From Catajapyx aquilonaris (Eukaryota), in NCBI GenBank assembly GCA_000934665.2, contig JYFJ02000417.1, forward strand, positions 62,001-126,000: a DNA stretch of 64,000 bases, written 5' to 3'. The notes under the pieces were generated by a model. It saw only the letters and a program-made list of their open reading frames with translations. It had not been told where the DNA came from and made no database searches. How positions within the stretch are numbered: the stretch's first letter is position 1; every line of letters starts with the position of its first letter. A program made the translations under genes and the position numbers. Shown here piece by piece: positions 56,114-64,000 of the stretch.

Positions 56114-59100
56114 ATGGTAATTCAATGCGCTTCCCCCTTCTCCTGTTCCGCCTCCCCCCCCTTTCCCTTAAGGTCGTGACGTGGCAGCAGGAGGCGACGC
56201 CCCACCGCCCTGACGCCGCCTCCCCCAACCGACGCCGCGGACGCCACCCACCGGGCGGGGGATCAAATCCATACGTGGGCCGCCCTCTAGTTCCTGTGGT
56301 CGCGGGCAGGCGGCGCTGGCCCCTCCTCCACCACTCGTTCTCCTGTCGCTCCACAGATGGCGTCCACATGCCCCTTTCCCCACTTTATCATCAAAAGAGC
56401 CCTTCATGTCCTCTTGAAGGGAAAAAATGGACTTTGAAATTTTTTTGCTCACAGTATGATGATGATGGCACAATTGCCCAATTGAGAGCACTCGACATGA
56501 AATTAGCTCAAAATTTAATTGGACATTGGGCTGAAATTTACATGGATTGGGGGATTAAACCAATGTAAATCGTTGAAGGTGATGCAGTTTATTTCTGATG
56601 CATCATCCTCTAAAGATATTTATTTCTTTTTAAAATTATTGCATAATCTATAATGCAATTTTAACAATTTAATCATTTCTGATGCATCCTATAAAGATGT
56701 TTATTTTTTAAAACTATCCCATAACTTAAGACTGAAATTTTAATCATTTCTGATGCATCATCCTCTAAAGATATTTATTTATTTTTGCAAAATTGTTGCA
56801 TAATCTAAATGAAATTTTAACGATTTAATCATTTCTGATGCATCCTATAAAGAAGTTTATTTATTTTTAAAACTATCACATAATTTAAGACTGAATTTTT
56901 AATCATTTCTGATACATCATCCTATAAAGATGTTTATTTATTTTTAACTGTTGCATAATCCGGAATTAAATTTTTAGCAATTTAATCATTTCTGATACAT
57001 CATCCTATAGATGTTGAATTTTTTTTTTTAACTAGTGCATAATCTAGAATGATAATTTCATCATTTCCATTAAGATGTTTTATTTATTTTTTAAGTATTG
57101 CATAATTTAGACTGAAATTTTAACCGTCAGTTGCAAATGTGAATTGAAATGATGAGCCAATTGTTTTTTAAATGGTTCAGATAGTTATGAGCTAATTATC
57201 TATTAAGACATAATAATATTTCTAATGGGTAACATTCATTTCCTAATGGCTATTAGATTTAAGGATGTGCGCATTTAAAAAATTGCACTTTGAGGAATTT
57301 GTCCACTTTTTTACATCCTTGGGAGTCTGTTATTACTCGAATGGATTTTTTGGCTTAATTTAACTGGATAATGAATTGAGATGGTTTTTATGTGAGTTCA
57401 GGCCCTATTCATCCCAAGTATTTACGTAGCGGCACGTAATTGTATTGTCGGTTATCCACCAACAATACAATTACCTGTTGTTGATTATCAACCAACAATG
57501 CAATTACCCATGTGTCCGGACTTTAGCGTCACCCTGTATATTGCCTGGATTACTTTTATATCGTAAGCAGAAAGGGACTAATAGCATTCTGCTCTGGGCA
57601 ATTAAAATTTTGCCAGTGTAGTAGAATTTTAAATGCATAACGATCCCTTGTAGGAGAGCAGCAAGTTAATTACTTTTGTTTTGAGGAAAAGTGAGCAGGC
57701 TCATGCTGCATTACTGTGTGGCCTTTCAATCTGTTCTAGTGTCACATTGGTTGAAATCTAATTGATGCAATGCACATAATCAACCAGTGCAGTGAATAAT
57801 TCCATGACATTGACATTTACTGCATGTTGCAGTCGTTTCTGTGGTGCCAGTTGCCATCATCATCCGTCTGTTCTAGTCCATCGTACGCTGTCCCCATCCG
57901 CCCATTTTTGGCTGTCCAGCAACCCCTTCCTCATACCGTTCCGCCTGGCTTGGCTTGTGCCACTCTCCACATTCCGATCTCTCAATTTTTCATTTACTCT
58001 TGAGGAGTAACTGTAACTACACCTCGGGGTCTTCTCTCTTTCTATGTGTGTCCAAGCAGCCACGGATTGACCCGTGGCAACTCTTGAAGTGCTTGAGCGT
58101 CCTCCTCTCGCCGGAAGGAGGGATCAAGACACATCAGGAGGTGCCTCGGTTAGTCAGTCTGATGACCAAGTTCAGCAAGAAGCTGGTCAGCAAGTGCATA
58201 TATGTGCAGATACTCAAAGCCTCTAAGCTGGATCTGCTGGACCAGTAAGTTCCACCGATCTCTTTGAACGGACCGCAACCCCTGCCCTGTAAACAGTGCA
58301 TGCCAAATCTGTAGCTAGGCAACCCCCAGTTGTGTAAACATTCCGTTGTTTATAATAGAGACAGCAGAAGCAGCATTCCAGGACAGAACTGACAAGTCGC
58401 TCTCTTTTGTGTGGACGTACTTTCTTGGCTTTCAAAGCTTTGAACAATCGACCATACCGTTTTAATTGTAGGTGTATGCGTTTCATGAAGCGCAATAACG
58501 GACAGTTTGGAATTTCAGTGCCGTGAGGACCTGAAGTATTCCGTGATTCCGAGGCGTACACATCGTGCGTTGGATAACGCCGGGTACATAGGATCCAGGG
58601 TTGCGCAACTGCAGAAAGATTAGTTATCCCAAGGCTGATCGATCAGTCGTCGATTAATTGTTGCCAACAATCCTCTTGAGAACAATTTGCCTGTTTTACA
58701 CAAGTTCGCTCGGAGATTAAAGCCATTGTGTTACTTTCACGCAGTTGTTAGTCTTTAAGATAGCAGCAGTACGTCTCAGTGGATACAAAGCTTGGCATGA
58801 CTCATCGCACATGAATATGACTTCCAGCTTCTAAGAGATTAGTCATCCGAAATTTCAGACATTCCCTGTCACATTTGGTGCAGAAATTAATCGAATTGAA
58901 AGCGTAGGACATCAAACATGTAGAGTATGCCATTAATTTTATTGTAAACAAAGATAACAGTAATTTAAATAATGCAAGTTATGTGGTAGTGGTATAGATT
59001 ATGTTTTCTGTTTTCCTGTGTTGTTTTTGGCAGTGTCTTAATCCGCGGCTTTAATTTCTTCCCGACAGGTTTATGGGCTCTGGTGGCTGGGCATTAGTAC

Positions 59101-62100
59101 ACGCTTGGATGACTGACGCTCTCGCATACCAGAACTGGGCCTTGACCATGGAGCTTCTGGAACTCCTGAGGGACTGTCCCGTGGGTGTGGACCGGCTCAA
59201 AGAGAATGGGCTCCCCAAGGACATCAGGGCCCTCTCCAAGGAATGCCCCGATCCAAGTGAGTTCTTACCAGCCAATTCTCAATGACTAGTTGTTGTTTTT
59301 TTTGCATGTAATGTTCATGATACCTAATGCGACATGCTTAGAAATAATGAGCAAAGTAGTAAACAAAGAAGTATGGCCCATGTTATTTCTGCCGATATTG
59401 AATTGTTAACGAGCATTTCCTGACAGTCTGGCTGTTGAGTAGAAAGCTTCGTTTCAAATAATATTTTTGTCGTTTATTTGTGAAATGGGCATTCTCCTCG
59501 GGATTTTACAACCTCTGCTACAACCTCAACTAAAAATTCACAGGCTTTCTAGCAAGAGTAGATCGACAACAAGCGGTATTTATCTAAGTCGTGCGTAAGA
59601 TAAGGCGGTGGGTGGGGATCGGCCTTATACCTCGGGATACAGAATACTACTTGTGTAACATGGATTGCAAGTCGAGGTGAAGCAATCTCTGCGATTTTAT
59701 CTATGGCTTTGAACGTCTGGTATTGAAGGACTTTTTAATAGCAATTTTGGAGAATCTGCTTCAGTCAACCATCCAGACGCATTTCTACAGAATAATTGCA
59801 AATAATGTTGCTGTACTGTACATAAAGGCTCGCAAAATATGTTGCTTGAATTTTTGCGATTTTACTGATGCATTCTCATGAGGCGTCAGAGCAGAACATA
59901 TTTTACTCCTCGCTGAGAATGAATTTTAGCATAGTACTATTATGTACTGTCCTTAATCGTGTCGCATATTAATTTGCTGTGAGCAAACAAGTACCAAAAC
60001 CTATGTTTCTTGATAATTTTAGAAGTGAAGAGCGCAGCTGCTTTGGTAGTGAGCAAGTGGATGCAGGCTGTCAGGGAGGAGGAGGGAGGAAGCAGCACCT
60101 CGCAGGCCGAATCAGCTGCGAAAGATGCGGAGGACGACGGGGCGGAGGAGCAGGAAGAGGAGAAGGTGGAGTCCAGTCCTTCCCCGACTGAATCCCATCC
60201 TGACAGTGGAGAATCCTCCATGGCAATGGAGGCGGATGGAGCAGCAGCGGCTGAGCCTGTAGACGAGGCTGCTGGTGGACAAAAGCCTCTGGGTGAGAAG
60301 CGACAAACGAGGTCCCAGAAGTTGACTGCCGAGTCCGTGGCGGAGCAGCTGGACAAGGAGGAAGCTAGAGAAGGGAGCGAGGAAGAGGAGGATGACGATG
60401 ATGAATCAGGCTCCTCGACCGTCCCAGTGTTCAAGATCACAATACGTGATGGAAAGCACCTCCTGTCGAAGCTGGACAAGACTGTGTCAAAGAGGAAGCT
60501 GCCTCCACTTGAGAAGCCGCAGGCGAGGAGGAAGGCCATCATGGTGGAGCCCAGGCCTGAGAAGGACATGATTGGAGACGTGAAGGAGCGGGAGAAGAAG
60601 GGGAAGGGTGCTGCCAGCAAGAGGGCAGCGGATGAGGCCAAAGAGGAGACCAAGAGGGTGAAGAAGGAAAAGGAGAAGGAGAAGGAGAAAGAGCGGGAGA
60701 GGAAAGGCCAGGAGAAGAAGGACAGGGAGACGCTTCAGAAGCTGAAGCTGTTGAATGAACCTGCCGAGAAACCTGGACGGATCTCAGGCCTTCCCAGCAT
60801 CTCCAAGCTGGGGAAGATCCCGAAGAAGCCACGACCTCCAGAGACCAACCCGTCAACCTCCTCCGCCCCAGCTTCCTCAGGGTCCAGCACGTCCTCCAAC
60901 TCATCTTCTAGTTCGTCCTCATCCTTGCTTGACAAGCCGCGTCCAAAGACTGTTAAGATGTTCAATTCAAAGTTCCGCTCCGTGGGCCTTGAGGAGGAGA
61001 TCAAGCCTCCTCCGCCACCATCTACCAGATCCAACAAGGCCGCGTTAGACAAGCGGCTCAGCAAACCTTCCCATAACCTGAAGCGAGGCACATCCAAAGC
61101 ACAATCCCCACCGCACACCCCTACCTTTAAGGAACAGCCGGCCGGCTCGTCCTCTCCTTCGGCCGAGAAAAAGGAAAAGGACAAGAAGGTAGCGTCTTCC
61201 CCTCCGCAGTCAGACTCTAGCTCGTCACCGACTCAGAATCATCACGGCGAGTCAGGGAGGAGATCATCAGTCACCAGCCGATCGTCCAAATCGAAACGTA
61301 AGTGGGTCTGTTGCAGGTGGTGCCACGTTAGCTGCTCTTCTAGTAGCTATAGGTTGTAGATCGCAAACTGGAAACTATGAAAATAAGGAGCATTATAAAA
61401 ATACATATACGGAGTTGGAGGCTTCCAGTGAGACGTTTATCAGGTCGGCACAGAGTTCAGGCTAAAGCAAGATTTGGGGGTTCAAATAGATTTAGTTTTA
61501 TCGCTGGGGTTACTTGGTAGATTGCAAAATGGGGGATCCTTTTCGGACCTGCAAACAGGTAGCGAAATCCGCGTCTGGTTCAAAGTACAAAAAAACGTGC
61601 ATGCAAACATGACAGTAAAGTTGACACTGTTATATGCCAAAGAAAGTGGAACAATAAAATATGTTTCGATTACTTGTGGGTTTTTATTATACTCCTAATG
61701 CGCCACGAACTTACTAAACAGCAATGAAATAGCACCAATGATGCTGGATAAATAAAACGGATATTATTTTCCAAATGGCTATTCAGACAACAGGCGTTTG
61801 TCATGTTTGCATACACAATTCAGCGCTAATTATATCGGTAATTAACCTGCCCATTGTCTTCCGCAGAGGGCCACCAGATCCAGGAGAGCAACATGTTCAT
61901 GGACGCCCTGCTGGCCGGTTCGTACGAGCCGAGGAAGAGGAAGAGGAGAAACAGCACAAGCACCGGGAAGGAAGTACCCGAGCCAAAGAAGGAAGCAGGG
62001 GTCAAAGTGGAAAAAGAGGAGGCGAAGGGAGGCGGAAGCAGTCCTCTCTCGTCACCCACGTCCACCAAGCCCACACTCAAGGTGAGCTCGAAAATTGTTG

Positions 62101-64000
62101 CATTGGACCGACTACGAGTCATTGGCGGAAAGGAAATCATAACCACATGTTGTTTGTTGCAGTTTTACCAAGATACTCTTGAAACGAAGGAGGAGGAGGA
62201 GGATTCTGATGTCAAGATGGAGGACGAGGGCAGCAGGACTCCTCCACATGAGGATGTCCTGGAGGATATGGAGGCTGAGGATGAGAGTGAAAAGGGTGTA
62301 AAAGAGGAGGAGGAGGAGGAGGAGGAGGAGGACAGCAACAAGGAGGAGGATGAAGCGGAAGATGACGACGAGGATGAGGCAAAGAAATCTAAATCAAAGG
62401 TGGAGAAGACCAAGTCCAAGGCGTCATTGCCGCCTGCGAAAGGCGGCCTGAAGAAGCCCCTGAAGAGCGTCCTGGTTGTCCTCCGCTCCGTGACTGCCAA
62501 CAGGACCAAGAAGACCGTCCACTGGAAGGCCGAATCCAAGCTGAAGGAGGTGCACTATTTCGAGCTGGACGAGACCGAGAGGGCCAACGTCACCAAGAGC
62601 TTCCTGGACATGAAGCAGAATGAGCACATGCTTGAGAGGCAGACCCTTCTGATGGCCAGGAAGATCGGTCAGTGTTTTTAAATTGCTAGCTAGAAAATTA
62701 TCAGATCTGAACTAACATGTTGGCATGAATCGTTCTGCACTAACTGCTAATGAATTGGGATTCTTTTTTTTTGTTTTGTCTTCAGTTCCGGATGATAGCA
62801 TGGAGGAGAAGATATCCTGGCGCGTCCCCATGGAGCTGGAGCTTCCGGCCGCTTTGGTGGCTCCAGCCAGCCTCAGCAAGGAGAAAGAGGTCCAGTCCGC
62901 TCGCGAGAAGGGAATCCTCCAGGCGATATACTTCAGCCGCGACATGATTCCGCCTTCGCCTGGAGAGCCCCCGCTTGAAGCTCTTCTGCAGCAGGCCCCC
63001 GGTGCTCCTCCGTCGACCGAACAGGCCAAGAGCATACCGCTAGAGGACACCACCGGCAACCCTGAGAACGTCAACGACTTCCGTAACACCCCATGGCCCG
63101 ATCCCAAATCCTCGCAGATCCCGCCAGTGTCGCCATCGCAAGGGACTGTCGGAAGTGCCGCAAGCTCCGTCCCACTTGCTAGCGGAAATGGTGCCGCCCC
63201 CGGAATGGCAGGGGCGGCCATGCCGCAGGCGGTCGGAGCGGTGGGATCGCAGCAGTACCAGTACCCCGCACAACAGCAGTACCAGGGCGGGTATCAGATG
63301 CAGCAAATGGGCGGGATGGGGCCGTACCAAGGAGCACCCATGGGGTACCCACCACCAGGTGGATCCATGGAGGGCCCTCCGCCACAGATGGGAGCAGGAG
63401 CCGCAGCAGGAGGATGGAGAGTACGTATCTGCATTGTTGTTGGGTTGATTATCTTGAATGCAACGTGTACTGGGTGCATGAATTGAAAATGGCGATGAAT
63501 TCCCATGGACAGAAAAAAAATTTGTTGCATAGTGTTACTATTTCGGGCGGTTTGCTGCATGGCCACATTTTCAGGTATTTGCGCTTAGGAGTACATGAAA
63601 GAAGCTGCTCCACTGGAATCACGGCTGGATAAGTACCTATTCGCTTAAAGATGCGTATCGTAAAATAAGTGCAGGAATTTCAACCGCTAGGAAATCGGAA
63701 TGGAAAGGTGTTTGCTTTGGCAGTCACTAACGCTGTTCTTTCTTCTGGTTTGGTGTTTTTGCAGGCTGGAGATGGAACGGTGTATCCGGACATGTCGTCG
63801 CAGTCCATGGGAGGCTACAGGGGAGGTCCGGGGTCGGCACCTCCGCCTGGAGCGTACGGGGCAGGAGGCAACGGAGAAGATATGAGCGGAGCCGGAAGTG
63901 GGGAATACGTGGCTCCCCCGTACATGGGCCCTCCTGGGATGGGTCCCCCGGGATACGGACCTGGGATGGGTCCCCCCGGAATGGTGCCCCCTCCGCACAT
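56114..64000 (+). CDS. PPP1R10: PNUTS / protein phosphatase 1 regulatory subunit 10 (3' end beyond the window). Exons 56114-56116, 58060-58244, 59069-59256, 60023-61297, 61867-62081, 62163-62667, 62786-63420, 63765->64000
   Basis: MPRIDPWQLLKCLSVLLSPEGGIK...LVSLMTKFSKKLVSKCIYVQILKAS, a TFIIS-N-like domain, RPKTVKMFNSKFRSVGLEEE, ESNMFMDAL, PP1-docking KKTVHW followed by YFELDETERANV, EKEVQSAREKGILQAIYF...PPSPGEP, and a Gly/Pro/Met-rich tail. Confidence 0.93.
56588..57125. repeat. ~65-75 bp AT-rich tandem repeat in a PNUTS intron
   Basis: About 7 copies of AATCATTTCTGATGCATCATCCTATAAAGATGTTTATTT...GCATAAT. Confidence 0.9.

Overview
Eukaryotic animal DNA, probably an arthropod (GT-AG introns, many of 51-60 bp). 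No prokaryotic features are present. Hand-built gene models, checked for splice-phase consistency: (1) first coding exon of a Ctr/SLC31 copper transporter (-, runs off the left edge); (2) a CEP350-like gene (+, 3533-42707, about 1,908 aa, apparently lacking CAP-Gly), whose 26-kb third intron contains (3) a complete antisense secreted coiled-coil/fibrinogen-domain gene (4451-28358) with its own 21-kb intron; (4) sarcosine dehydrogenase SARDH (+); (5) ZIP7/SLC39A7/Catsup (-); (6) a short, motor-only KIF14-like kinesin (+) that appears to host a small two-exon antisense orphan gene with an AT-hook-like motif; (7) MRPS18B (-, mostly missed by the ORF track), whose stop codon is 6 bp from the kinesin stop; (8) PNUTS/PPP1R10 (+, runs off the right edge), head-to-head with MRPS18B. 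The human orthologues of nearly all of these genes lie in the MHC (PPP1R10-MRPS18B pair, SLC39A7) or on MHC-paralogous segments (9q32-34, 1q25-32), so the window looks like a preserved proto-MHC block. The large introns carry MITEs (one family in three copies with 7-8 bp TSDs), several minisatellites, a tRNA-Gly-derived relic and an unusual 1.1-kb array of alternating inverted repeats whose spacers occur in both orientations. All identifications come from recognising motifs by eye; no searches were run.
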